A DNA stretch of 64,000 nucleotides, taken from positions 496,001 to 560,000 of the forward strand of contig OZ037834.1 of the NCBI GenBank assembly GCA_964035575.1, read 5' to 3'. This DNA comes from Rhynchopus sp. YZ270_cl-10 (Eukaryota). The translations under genes were made by a program, and so were the position numbers. The notes beneath the pieces are model-generated. The model had not been told where the DNA came from. It worked only from the letters and a program-made list of their open reading frames with translations, and did not search any database. Shown in pieces: positions 1 through 11,267 of this stretch (position 1 is the stretch's first letter; every line of letters begins with the position of its first letter).

Positions 1-403
1 AGTGACACATCTCCGTGCATTGCTCACCTCGCAAGAAACTGCGCTGACAAATTGCAGGGAAAAATGCCTCCCGAAAGAGTAGAGCTCTTTTTTTTTTTGA
101 AAAGATTCCAGCCAGTGCTCCCCCCCTCCCCTGCGTCTGTTGATGAATTTAAATGCGTTTGTTGTCAAACTTCTCCTCTATTCAGGAGCATCCGCGGGGG
201 GTTCGATAACTGGAGATCTGGTGGCAGAAGGCCCCCTTTTTTTTATTGATATTGTTTTCCAGCTTTGAGCGCACAAAAGACCCGATCTTTATTTTTGTAT
301 TTCCAATTTCCATTTAGGAGTAACAGGAGGGGGGGAGGGGTGGGTTAGGGTAGATAACACTTTTGAAAAAAAAAAAAAAAAAAAAAAAAAAAAACAGTGG
401 AGA

Positions 404-1276
404 CAGAGCTCGCGCTAAAGTCCATCCCTCATCCCGGGATTTTTGGGGGTTTTGGTAGGAACGTTTTTTTTTTGCAGTACGGGGATTTCATTAAGAAACC
501 AGAAGTTCTAATATTGTTGAGTAAGACCACCACATGGTGGACTTGCATATGCATGTGACCCCGCCGTGGAACGCAATTGGCTCGGAAAGTCAAAAGAAAG
601 AGGAGAAAAAAGAAAAGGAAAAAAAAAAATAGTTGGTTACCGTGCGCCTGCGGCGCTGCCTGTTCCCTTCCAGTTTCTACAGGCAAACACTTGCCCCCTT
701 TACCTTACACTGACGGGTTTTGACCAAAACCAAGAACTTGTCCATTTCGGCAAATTGACCCCACCACAGAACGGACGAATTCCGGAAATGCAAATGCCGG
801 TGTTTTCGCGCATTTTCATGTTGCAAGACGTCAGGATCAGGGAGAGAAAATCTGGTTGTGGGATTTACATTGGCCCTCTTTACCCACATGGATTTTGACC
901 AAAACCAAAAAATTGGCCATTTCGGCAAAGTGACCCCACCACAGCGCGGACGGATTCCGGAAATTCCAATCGCGGTATGTTTTGGGGCTGAAAACCCACT
1001 GATTTTCAGGAGAAAAATTGCTTCCAAATCTCGGAATTTTCCGAATTTTCCTGAAAATGACCCTTGTTTACGAGTATGGGTTCATATTTTGCGAAAATTT
1101 AAGTCACTAAAATTTTGTCCATTTTTCCGTATATACCCCACCACAAGCCGGGATTGGCCCGGAAATGCCACAAAACGGGGTTTCCGGGCCTCCCCAGCTA
1201 ACCTTTTCAAGGAACGTTTTTCCGTACCCGAAATCCATTTTTTCCCCATTTTTTCCCATAATTAGCGCGACCACTG
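404..1276. mobile_element. hAT-like non-autonomous element (873 bp) inserted into a family-B short repeat
   Basis: Imperfect TIRs CAGAGCTCGCGCTAA / TTAGCGCGACCACTG. Exact 8-bp TSD AGTGGAGA (396-403, 1277-1284). Removing it restores the family-B start CAGTGGAGATTGCAC. Confidence 0.8.
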
Positions 1277-1344
1277 AGTGGAGATTGCACAAACTGTGGC
1301 AACACAACCCGAGGCAACTACACTACTCCAACAATTTATCAAAA
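1277..1344 (+). repeat. Short structured repeat family B (~68 nt). Other copies: 6890-6970 (-), 12436-12507, 36526-36596, 39872-39942, partial 17955-17985 (-)
   Basis: Consensus AGTGGAGATTGCACAAACTGTGGCAACACAACCCGAGGCAACTACACTACTCCAACAATTTATC(A)n recurs at these sites. Confidence 0.85.
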
Positions 1345-1571
1345 TAAAATGGGTATTAACGAGAGTGGGTGGTTATGGAGTTGGGGAGTAATAGAGAAGT
1401 GAACACACCTCCCCTCTTTTTTTTAAAAATTGGGATTTTTGCGCATTCAGGGCACTCCCTCACAACTCATTGCTAGCCTTTTATTTTGCTGAACAAAAAG
1501 AAGAGGAAGGAAAAAAACACAAAACTGGGGGAAAATTATTGGAGTTATGTCAAATGATGATGATGGAAGAT

Positions 1572-1710
1572 GAGTGACGACACCTCCCCCTTTTTTTTTC
1601 CAGTTGTGTGTGCACGTTTAGGAAACGGTAACTTCCTCTGTAGCCCCACCGACTCCATTTTCTTGGAGCTTCCAGGACATTGATCTGTTCCCCCTAAAAA
1701 GGAATGGTGA
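1572..1710 (+). repeat. Dispersed structured repeat family G (~135 nt), second copy 16760-16892
   Basis: Shared GTGACGACAC...GTGCACGTTTAGGAA..G(C/T)AACTTCCTCT..AGCCCCACCGACTCCATTTT.TTGGAGCTTCCAGGAC...AAAAGGAATGGT. Confidence 0.75.
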
Positions 1711-1989
1711 AAAAAAAATTGCAAGAAAAAAAGAACAACCGGAACAACAACAACAAGCGAACACAACGACACATATAAAAAAAAAGTAACAATAAAAATA
1801 GAGTGACACCACCTTCGTTTTTGATACAGCAAACTGTACGCTGCATGCTTTATCTTTTAGCGATCTTATTCCCGCCCAAATTAGCGACTCACGGTTTGTA
1901 CTCCTCTATATCCTCCCCCACACTGCGAAACAGGCAGATGACCCCCCAACCGGACCCTAACACCACACAGGATTCATGTCTCTGTGTTT

Positions 1990-2175
1990 TGCAATGATCC
2001 TTTCATCTGATGAGGTGGAAAGCGGGAGGAGCACATTCTCAGATGTAAACCACAAAATGGATTTGTAGGACTGCTGTTGGGGGGTGTCCACCCCCTCCCC
2101 TGTCCATACACCCGGTAATACATAAAGGTACACTGTTCACGAGAGGGCTGTTGTATTTCAACTCTACTTTTTTTT
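1990..2175 (+). repeat. Repeat family C, 5'-truncated copies with a shared 3' end (LINE 3'UTR/SINE-like). Others at ~7080, 8690, 11100, 11455, 17578, 35838, 35878, 37138+39009 (split), 39596, 43015, 43725, 61027, 61505
   Basis: Common 3' block GTACC(A)nGGTACACTGTTCACGAGAGGGCTGTTGTATTTCAAGTCAACTTTT, with variable 5' extension (GATGTAAACCACGAAATGGATTGTAGGACTGCATGG...). Confidence 0.8.
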
Positions 2176-2558
2176 CAAACCCCTTTATCCCTCACCACCC
2201 CCTCTCCTCATTCTCCCCCCTCACAACCAGAACACACAACCACACAAAAAAAAAACCCCTCTTTTTTTTTTTTTTTTCCTTCTTCCATTTTTTATACACA
2301 AATCATTCGTATTCCAGAAAAGCTGACCTCACATACAACCACACCTTAGATTCATCTACACAAAAAAAGTTCTTTTCTATTGTATTAGTCTCGTCAAATA
2401 TCTCTATCTTTCATTCTCAAAAAAACCCCCTTTTGTAAGGCTACACCAGACCTTCAGCCCTTTTCTAGTACATTCCGCTTATTTACCTAGGGAGGGGGAC
2501 CTTGGTGATTCATCGATTGGTATTGTTTGATATATTAAAAAAAAGGGGCAAAAATATC

Positions 2559-3836
2559 ATGCAAACCGCGACAGTATTCGCTCCGTCAGCATCCTCTCTG
2601 ATTCGCACCGCATTGGGCCGTTCTAACCACCAGAGGAGTCTTTTGTTACAACATCGATCTATCAGTCAAAACAATTACAACAATTTTTACGAGCCAGAGA
2701 TCGCCCCAGCAGACGAGGATGTAAACCATATGCACACTGTGGTCAAAAAGGAGCGTTTGCGGGTGATGACCACTGTTCCTGGAGAGTATGCTTCTGCAGG
2801 GACCAGAGGGCGTGTTTCCATGCAGATCCATGCACCAATCACAAACCACAACCAGGCCCATCTGCAACAACAGATTCGACTGAACAACCCCGCCTTTCAC
2901 CACTTTGAGATGCTTGACTCTGTGACCCCCGGGGCAATCGAGGGGCTCTGGTATTACCCATTCTTCTTCGACGCAAAGGAACAGGCAAATCTACAGGGCG
3001 ACATCGCACCGTTGTTCAGAGACCCGCAAAGTGTGATGAGAGTCAAGAATACGTGCACACTCATGAGAGGATCTCATGCAGCAGCTCCGGGGAAGGATAT
3101 GTCGACAATACGGCATGGCTGGGGGGAGCGGAACCATCCTTCTCTTGGTCGTGTTGGGCGGAGGAATGTAGCGCATATAAGCACCGTAGAGTGTGCTGCG
3201 AGAAAGCAGAACTTTGCGGATATCTCCGCCACCCCTTCCGTTGCGGCAGCGATGGCAAAGGTTTGGGAGGTCTTTGGCGCACAGCAGAACTCTTTTCAGG
3301 GTGAAGGTGAAGGTGGGTTTGGATCTACAGAGTGGCATCCGGTGTTAGATAGGGTACCGAATCTGGTGCGGTGCAGTGAATGGTTGGAGCAGACCTCTGG
3401 CATGAACGCTCACATCAAGCCGGCTGCATTCGGGAACTATATTGGTATTATCAATTTGGCCTCGTCAACGGTGTTGCAGCTATGCCACGATGAGGACGAC
3501 GTCGAAGCCTTCACTGATGAGGAATCTCCGGATGGGCTACGAGCTTCAAAGGTTGTGCTCCACCCTGGTTCTCTCACAATTCTTAAGCATTCTGCACGTT
3601 GGTCTATCCCCTGTGGCTACTCATATGAAACGCAACACATCTTCCGTAGAAACGGCTGGCCTAAAGACTACCGTTCCTCGCTCATGTTCTCTCACTATTC
3701 AAAGACCTCCCCAGGTGTTGCAACCACGCAGCCAAACGCAGGAGAGGTGCGGGATAGTTACAACCCTGACGCGCCGTCAATCAATCCAGCCACCGTCACT
3801 GCGAGGCAAAATGCGCCGCAAAGTCCAGTGTGTTGA
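2559..3836 (+). CDS. AlkB/2OG-Fe(II) dioxygenase-fold protein (ALKBH7-like), probably inactive, possible mitochondrial presequence; 425 aa, intronless
   Basis: Motifs GLWYYPFFFDAKEQANL, PNLVRCSEW..SGMNAHIK..FGNYIGIINLAS, VVLHPGSLTILKHSARW and RSSLMF follow the AlkB DSBH order. The N-terminus is R/S/A-rich with no acidic residues in its first ~40 aa. Confidence 0.7.
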   Translation: MQTATVFAPSASSLIRTALGRSNHQRSLLLQHRSISQNNYNNFYEPEIAPADEDVNHMHTVVKKERLRVMTTVPGEYASAGTRGRVSMQIHAPITNHNQAHLQQQIRLNNPAFHHFEMLDSVTPGAIEGLWYYPFFFDAKEQANLQGDIAPLFRDPQSVMRVKNTCTLMRGSHAAAPGKDMSTIRHGWGERNHPSLGRVGRRNVAHISTVECAARKQNFADISATPSVAAAMAKVWEVFGAQQNSFQGEGEGGFGSTEWHPVLDRVPNLVRCSEWLEQTSGMNAHIKPAAFGNYIGIINLASSTVLQLCHDEDDVEAFTDEESPDGLRASKVVLHPGSLTILKHSARWSIPCGYSYETQHIFRRNGWPKDYRSSLMFSHYSKTSPGVATTQPNAGEVRDSYNPDAPSINPATVTARQNAPQSPVC

Positions 3837-4231
3837 ATTTTTTTTTTTTTGAAAATTTCACGTTTTTTTTGGGGGTGTGTTGTTGATATGAGTTGTTTGC
3901 GAGAATAGTGGACTCCAAACATGCGGGACGCGGCATTTTTCATTATTTTTGTGTGGATGGAAACCAAAAGATCAAATAAAAAACTAGCTGGGGGGAGGTT
4001 ATGGGGAAAAGTCTTACCGTACTTCTGTACTAAACGTATTCAGCCTAAAATCTCAAGTGTGAAGCACCATTTAACGCAAGCTGTTTAAGACAACTGTATT
4101 AAACCCTGCCAGCACTGGGGTAATGACAGTATTGCATGGGAGGAGGGAGGTTGTTGCCCTCTCCTCTCTGTATGTAGTGAAGAAAAGATGGAACGGCAGA
4201 AATTGCATTTCCTCCCCTCCTCCCTCCCCCC

Positions 4232-5519
4232 CAGGGTAGATCCTTATTTTCGCTAAAAACGCTGAAAATCCCAGATTGATTTTCGTTTTTTTCCTTTTTT
4301 TTTCTCTCCCGTTTTTGAAATTTTTCGGCGCAGGCCTGACGCTAACTTTCAGGTTTTTGGGAAATCGTGTGGTGTTGATGGTTTGTCCGCGAGCGAAGCG
4401 AGCGAAAAAAAATGTAAGGTGTACCTCCGCGAGCGCAGCGAGCGGAAAAAATGAGTGACGGTCTAAAAAAAAATCCAACAAGCAGGTTGGTACCGTACTG
4501 AGGCAGAATAGTGGTGTTTTTTTACACATCTCAGCTGTCGTAGAACTAGACCCCAGGGGATAATATAGGTTTTGGGGGTTTTCGCTGAAACTCGGTCGAG
4601 CCCAACCCAGCTCGTTAGGGCCTCCGGCGGAATGTGAGAATTCCTCGGTTATCCTACTGCGGAGTTCGGCACTGCATTGATGTTTGCACCAGGCACACGC
4701 AGTGACCTCAGTATATTTACAAAAAGAAACGGCGGTCGTGGCACCCATGGCGAAGCCACGGTACACAACATTTCTAAAAATTGCGCTCAAAATTGCAGAT
4801 ATTTACTGCCAAATTAGTCATGGGAAGGGTGGGTTGCAATCTTGCGCCGCAGGCACGGTGCGCTACTTTTTTTCTTTCGCATGCTTCCTTTTCCTTCGGC
4901 GTTTGACCAATTAAATCGCATTCTGGCTGTGACCCTTGTCGGACACTGCGCCCTCTGACAAGGGTAATACTGGGCCCCTATGGGTTTTTGGATTTTGGCC
5001 TAACAGTGTTGTGTTTCTGCCTTGGTCCGGTTGAAGTCTTTATTACTGGATCTCATACTCCGTACAGGTGACCCATACCCGACCTTTAACACACATGCAC
5101 TTCTTCGAAACCTCCACCCTCAGCACCAACCTTTTTACAATGGTCCGCTTTGCGGGTTTGCGGACATAGTAATTGTGTTCTTCAAGGTTATGCTTCAAAA
5201 TCGTCTTATGCAAGGTGACACTGAGAATTGACACTCATTGGTCCTTGTCTTATGAACTGAAGACAAATATTAAAGGGGCATTAAGGGGCGGGCCGAAGGC
5301 CAGCCAAAAAAACGGTAGCGAACTTTTCTTTTTTTTTCCTTTTGGTTTCCCCCTTATTTTGACTTTCCGGATCGATTGCGGACCGTGGTGGTGCCACTCT
5401 GTGCCTGGAAATTAGTAGGTAACCAAAAAAATGGGCCAGAGAAAAAAGGAAAAAAAGAAAGGAAAAAAAAATAAAAAATCACGAATCCTTATTTTCACTT
5501 TCGCTAAGGATCTACCCTG
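4232..5519. mobile_element. hAT-like non-autonomous element (1288 bp) carrying internal repeat J (4588-4912)
   Basis: Perfect 15-bp TIR CAGGGTAGATCCTTA / TAAGGATCTACCCTG. TSD CTCCCCCC vs CTCGCCCC (7/8). Confidence 0.8.
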
Positions 5520-5779
5520 CTCGCCCCCTCCATTTTTTTTTTTCTTTCTCGCTTTTCCTCTCCTTCTCTCCCTTCTTGACAATCTAAGTTCCTTAACTGA
5601 AGACGAAGTAGACACAAACCCATCCCCTCAACTTTCACTTCATCTTTCACTTCATCTCACACCTTCACACTTCATCTTTTCACTCATTGTCACCCAGCGC
5701 TAAGGCCAGGCGTCCTTCGTGGAAGCTGTGTGTGTGTGTGGGTGAAGATTAGCTATTGGCATCGTAGTATTTTTTGTAC

Positions 5780-6330
5780 CCCAATGATGGATGACCCTCC
5801 ACGCAACAACCCACCTAAAAAACATTGTGTTGCGTAATACGGGGTGCAGTAAACAAGTGGCTGGAGGAAGTCGACAGCGCCCTGCAGCCAGGCGAACGCC
5901 CTTTTCTCATTACTCCACCGGCAAGCTGGAAAAAAGCGGACGAAGCAAATAGAGAACAAGCGGATGATGGGATTGCGAGCGACCTGTTTGCGAGCGATGG
6001 GATTACAAGCGATGGGTTTATACCGTCAGGTCACGTGGGACAAGGTGGGGGTAATAGCCAGGTTGCAAATGGAGGTAAGAGGGGGAAGAAGAGGAAGCGG
6101 AAGAGGGTGAAGCAGGAGGAGAAGCAGGGTGGGAAGAAGGGGAAGGGGAATAGGAACTATGTGAAGCAAATTACTTCCAGTTATTATTGCTGACACCAGC
6201 ATACTGCAGAGTGAGTCATGCAAGAAGTGCAGAAAGTAGTGCACTTATCCAGTAGTGATGTGCATATTGTTGCAATAAACCTCTGCTTGTTCTGCAACGT
6301 GTTTGCATGACGTTCTGCACGATTTGTTGC
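5780..6330 (+). pseudogene. Degraded coding remnant, possibly a piggyBac-type transposase C-terminus
   Basis: Basic NLS-like tract (KRGKKRKRKRVK) followed by a stop/frameshift-broken Cys-rich segment (YCRV...CAYCCNKPL). No TIRs identified. Confidence 0.3.
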
Positions 6331-6832
6331 ACACTCTTTATTGACATTTAAGCAATCTTCTTCGAACCCACAACCAAAGCTGTGCCAAGAATAATATCAC
6401 GCACATAGTTTTACAACATGACATTCTCTCCGTTAAAAAGGCTGGGATTTAAAGATGTCACGCAATTTGCCGAGCAGTTGTGAACCGCTTCCGTTCTCTT
6501 ACGATACGGAACACCCACGTCCCACCCTTTGCATGAGCTCGACTGAGATGTGTTTCAGCACGTTTTAACTCTTTCTTTTAACTTCTTCTAAAAACCCCTC
6601 TGCTCTCCCTTATCTGCGTCCTATAAGAACACCAAAAACGGCACACAGAAAAAAGAAAGCAAAACAAAATAAAAAAGCATGTCCTTCTTGTTAAAAGCCC
6701 CCTCTTTCCCTCTTTCCCTGTCTACTTCTGACAAGAATGTCAAATATAATTCCCCTGCAACTACAGAACGGGCACGCATACACACACACACATAATCGGC
6801 CTGCCTGAAAAAAACCAATAAAATAACTACCA

Positions 6833-9800
6833 ATGTCGACACGCAATGGCGTGTACGTGCCTCAAATGGTATGCAATTTGTCCGTCTTTTTTTTTTTTTT
6901 TGATAAATTGTTGGAGTAGTGTAGTTGCCCCAGGTTGTGTTGCCACAGTTGTGCAACCTCTCTACTGTTTTTCTCATTATGAATCTAATCATTTTGACGG
7001 GGACGACGCTGGTGGAAAACCCCATCTTTCGATTGAAAATAATATCTTAATCATTTTGACTGAGAGCAAAACACACATCAGATGTAAAACCACGAAATGA
7101 TTTCTAGGACTGCATGCTTCGGGAATGCCCCCCCTCGGTACACCCCGGTTATTTGTACCAAAAAAAGTACACTGTTCACTGGACTGTTTGGATTTCATCT
7201 ACATCTTCGTTGAGAAAATTTTCATAATGTTCGACCTTTTTTTACGAACCTTATTCCGAATATGGTATCTGATAGACCTTTAGTATGCTTACCGCTTTTG
7301 TCAAGATCGAATGAATTTGTTAATTGAGGTCAACGTTTTTTTTGTGTCTTTTCATTATACTGCCACCACAGCCCGCCTTCCAGCCCGCCACTGACGACGC
7401 TGCGAAGGCCAGCATGCTGAGCCAGGCTGTTACCGAAAACGACCACTTCTCCTTCCCCGCAGACCGCGACTTCTGGAACAACTTTGTCACCCAGGTTCGG
7501 ATGTACCCCGGCGCCATGAACCACCCTCAGTTCCATGTAGACGCTTCGCACACCGATGAGAGCGTTCTGGTCAACCAGGAGTTCATGCGGCGCTTTGTTG
7601 CTGGGTGGCAGAATGCGAATCCTCACGTTGTGACGATCAACTCACCGCAGGGGCAGGCAACGTTTCATAGCAGCGAAGACTTTTGGAGTGGGTTTGTTAT
7701 GTTAGCTGGGGAACGGAGCCGGGCACGTGCTGCGAGAGGCGAAGGTGGTCTGGAGGACTACACTGTAGCATCCTCCAGACATCCCAACCAGCCACCAATC
7801 CGCACCACCGCAGCCGACTGGAACGAATACTGCCACGACTGGGACGCGAAGCTCCAGCAGCCTCCACAAGAACAGTTCTTCCAGCCCTCCCCCATGGCCG
7901 TCCGTGAACCTGAGCCAGTCATGGCGATGCCCATGCCTGTAGCCCCCATGCCCCAACCAGACCCTATGGTACCTCAATTAAAGGCACAGCTGGAAACCCA
8001 AAGACAACAACTCGGAAATGCAGTATGTAAAAAAAAACCCCTTTTTAATGATGTTCATGCGATGTACCTCGTTACCCAAGGGTATCGGGTGATGGATTTT
8101 TTGCAAATTCCGGATTCATCGGGTATTACCAAGGATGGTGCAAAAAAGTACTCAAAAAGTGCGAATCACCCCAGCCACACCAGAGGAGGGGTTTTATTTA
8201 AAACCTGGTACGGAAAATACCCGACATTGGACGGTATTACCTAATGAAAGATTAAAAAAAAAACCCCCCTGGTAATTCTCACCCCCTCTCTTCTTATACA
8301 CAATCCCTATTAGACTGCGCAAATCGATGGTACCCGCCGGCAAGCCGAAGAACTGCAGCGACAACTGAACAACATCAACCACCAGGCACAACTCTCTTCC
8401 TCACAGCTCCAGGACGAACTTCGCAGAGCGCAGGGCGAGGCACAGCGCAATGCCACTGATGCTGAGGCTCTCAGAGTATGACAAAAAAAAACATTCTTCC
8501 TTTACAAACAGCCCCCCTTACCCTGAACAACAGCTCTCTCTCTCTCTCTGAGGAGGTCCGTAAAATGTAGGTGAATATGGGTTTTAAACCGATGGCTCTT
8601 TTGAAACCGACATTTTCAAGGTGTTTTTCAAGGTGACTAATCACGAGAGAAGCTTAAGATCATCTTATAAACTTTTCTTTTCTTTAGATACACTACGAGA
8701 GGGCTTTGTATTTTCAGCTCTTATTTCTACTTTCCTTCCGACATTTTAACCCTCCTCATCTTACATTTTCAAACCTTCTTTTTAACTCTTTTGTAGGACG
8801 CAAACCGCAAGCTGCATGGAGAAAGGGATGGGCTTGCGTCACGTGTAAAGAAGCTTGAGCATGCGTTGACCACATTGCAGGGGGACATGCAGAAACAGCG
8901 TGACATCTGCCACAAGGAGCTGGCCCAGAAGGAGCGGGATATGGAAGAGCTGCAGCAGCTTGCAGACCTGGCGGACCTGAAGAAGGAGCTGCAGATGCGC
9001 GAGCTGATGCAGGAGGAGCTCTTCAAGGCAAAGGAGGAGGTGCAAAGGGAGGCTGACGAGAAGTGCCGCATCGACCTCATGAAGCACGAAGCCAAGAATA
9101 TGCGTACACAGCTCTGCTACAAACAGCAGGCGCAGAACCAATGCCTCCAACAAAGACCACAATGTGTGCCCCAATGTGGCCCGCCTGCAATTCATGTATG
9201 TTTTTTTCTTCTATTTTTGGTGTGTTGACCCTCTCAATATACTTTCAATTCTGTGAACTGAAAATGAATGTATTCTATTTTTCAACGGAGGAAAAAAAAA
9301 GACAAATAAAAATGGAAAAATGTTAGTGTTGTTTTTAGTGTGTTTCGGTTATACGTTATTAGAAAACTGATCATAAGCGTGGTTAACCCTTTATGGACCA
9401 CGGCCGTATTTTGCGTTTTGCTATGATTGTCTCTCACATAGGTAAAATGAGATCCGATGCATATTTTTGATCGTACCTGGCCGCAATTGAAAGATTTTGA
9501 GCAGATCTTTCAAATGGAGCAGAAATCGAAATAAAATGAGAAAAATGGAAAATGGAAAATTGAGGAGAGCTGATATTTTTTCCTGAAAATTTTGAAGAAA
9601 AAAATTATTCCGGCTGCGCACCTGTTTTTTCGGTATTCGAAAATGGCTTTATTTGAAAGATCGGTTCAAAATCTTTCAAAAGAAAGAAAAATCGATCAAA
9701 AAGTCCTAGTAGATAATGTCTCACTGCATGGAGAGAAGGTACCAACCAGCTAAATATACCGTAATTGTACAGAGGTTGGACAGTACAAAAGTTGGGGCTT

Positions 9801-10989
9801 TTGGGGCTTTTGGCCAACTTGGCCTGGTGTTGAACGCCGCATCCCCCGCACATGTAATCTGCTTTTAGCCGCCTGTTTCCCAAGCAAGAAGAAGTTGTCG
9901 ACCAACACCCTCCTGCCAGTGTCTCTGTACCTTGACTGTGTTGATACAGCTTCTTTTGTACAATGTCCCCCAAAAGACAAAGGGCAATAAATACACGGAG
10001 AAGAGGCACAGCCAGTTCAGGGTCAGGAACTGCTACGACGAGTGTTACTTTGCCCGGTCGCAGATATTTTCCATTATTTTAGTTTTGTTCTGAAAACCGT
10101 ACAAAATGGTTCCCTTCACACCAAAGTTTGAATCCTCTGATGACTCAAGCTCGCCAGAGTAGTTCATTATTCCCAAAATATACCCGAAAAAGTCGAAAAT
10201 TTGGAAATGCCTCGATTTGGTGACAGTGTATGAGAGTGTCAAAATAAATTGAATCTTGCTTCTTTGGAAAGATTTCACATCAAATCTTTCCACTAAAAAA
10301 AAAATCGCTGAAAAAGTCCGAGTAGAAGCCATGTTAAGCATTTTCGTGGATATATATATCCTCTTGGTCCATAAAGGGTTAACACAATATATTTGTCTTT
10401 TTACGCTCCTTCATTCCCTTCCCCCCCTCACCCATTCTTTGCCACTCAAGGCAAAAATTCCTCAAAGCCTAAAATGGCTGCGCTCAACCAAAAAAAAAAG
10501 TTACTCTTAAGGGTTGAGGATGATCTGCGTCTATACCTTCTGTAGTACATAGGCTTCGGCCGACATTGAGTACAGATCGTTATACCAGTAGGTATAACGT
10601 GATTGTCGATACAACAAAAAAGGGTGACTAGATTACAGAACAGTTTGCCATTCTATTTCTCTCTCTCCCCTCTCATTTGATTATTTTTTGTCTTATTTTC
10701 CCTTTTCACACAGTTTGCGGGTCAGCGAACGGTTGCGACGCAGACGGCTCCTAAGGCACGCCCTCCGATGTGTTTCCCAATCAGGGACGGCCCGACGTCC
10801 CCTGTACACGCAGCGTCCCTTCCGTATCCACAGATCCAGTACGGAGGGGGAGGTGACGGCGGCGGTGGTGGTGGTGGCTTCACCTCACCCACCTTCGGAG
10901 GAGGTGGTGGACCACGTTCCCCACCCCACTCCAACCCACCTCCCGGGCATACTACAGCCTATTCTCACGGAGGTCCCCCGCGATGGTGA
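6833..10989 (+). CDS. Unknown coiled-coil, Q/P/G-rich protein, ~507 aa; exons 6833-6868, 7372-8022, 8314-8475, 8797-9195, 10714-10989
   Basis: Four phase-0 GTATG...AG introns join five coding-like segments into one open frame (MSTRNGVYVPQM|PAFQ...LGNA|TAQID...EALR|DANRK...PAIH|FAGQ...PPRW*). Exon 1 is the least certain. Confidence 0.75.
8631..8685 (+). repeat. Short hairpin repeat family A (~50 nt). Others at ~21934, 28162, 28763, 35990, 36329, 37101, 40521, 61410, 61760, 61893
   Basis: Consensus AAGGTGACTAAGCAC(A/G)GAGAGGCTTAGG(T/A)TCATCTTATAAACTTTTCTTT, with stem CTAAGC/GCTTAG. Confidence 0.85.
9387..10378 (-). mobile_element. piggyBac-like deletion derivative (992 bp) in intron 4 of the coiled-coil gene
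   Basis: TTAA on both sides. 14-bp TIR CCCTTTATGGACCA / TGGTCCATAAAGGG. Minus-strand Cys-rich remnant (CIYC...YMCGGC...LLYC) across frameshifts. Confidence 0.9.
10500..10621 (+). repeat. Structured RNA-like repeat family D (~120 nt). Others ~36768-36883, 39735-39849, 41795-41895, 62290-62416, partial 22337-22380, 59031-59072
   Basis: Conserved linkers GGGTT.AGGATGA.CTGC.TCTATACCTT, TACA(A)GA and GTGATTGTCGA, separated by hairpins of variable sequence. A-rich tail. Confidence 0.85.
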
Positions 10990-11163
10990 ATGTCTTGATC
11001 CATTTCTGAAAAAGACCCCCCAAAAAAAATCTCTGAATTTCAATAGGGAGATGTGTTTGTATATGGTAGAGGTAGTTTGATGAGGGGTTTTTTTTAAAAG
11101 ATACAATGTTCACGAGCGGGCGTTGTTGTATTTCAAGTAAAAAATTTTTTTTTCTCCTTAGCG

Positions 11164-11267
11164 CACAGTGGAGTCTGACCAAAATGGTCGGACCCTTTTG
11201 GCCGGACTCTTGGACGGACTCCTGAGTCCGGTTTGACCTCAGGCCAAGCTGGTCAGACTCCACCGTT
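11164..11267. mobile_element. Small MITE (~104 bp) with a CACAGTG-type terminus
   Basis: TIR AC(A/G)GTGGAGTCTGACCA at both ends. TSD not clean. Confidence 0.65.

Noticed and set aside
2000..2050. CTGATGA...GAAA resembling a hammerhead ribozyme core (also ~43035)
   Set aside because: No stem II, no stem III/UH geometry, and GAAA is not conserved in the second copy. CATCTGA simply pairs with TCAGATG.
4071..4790. 239-aa minus-strand ORF (also the 236-aa ORF at 53189-53899)
   Set aside because: These run through MITE or spacer DNA and homopolymers with no recognisable motif; the spacer frame is broken in its paralogous copies.
8631..8670. Family A as a SECIS or iron-responsive element
   Set aside because: Apical stem too short for SECIS, GA on the 3' side not conserved, no CAGUGN loop, and no in-frame UGA in neighbouring genes.
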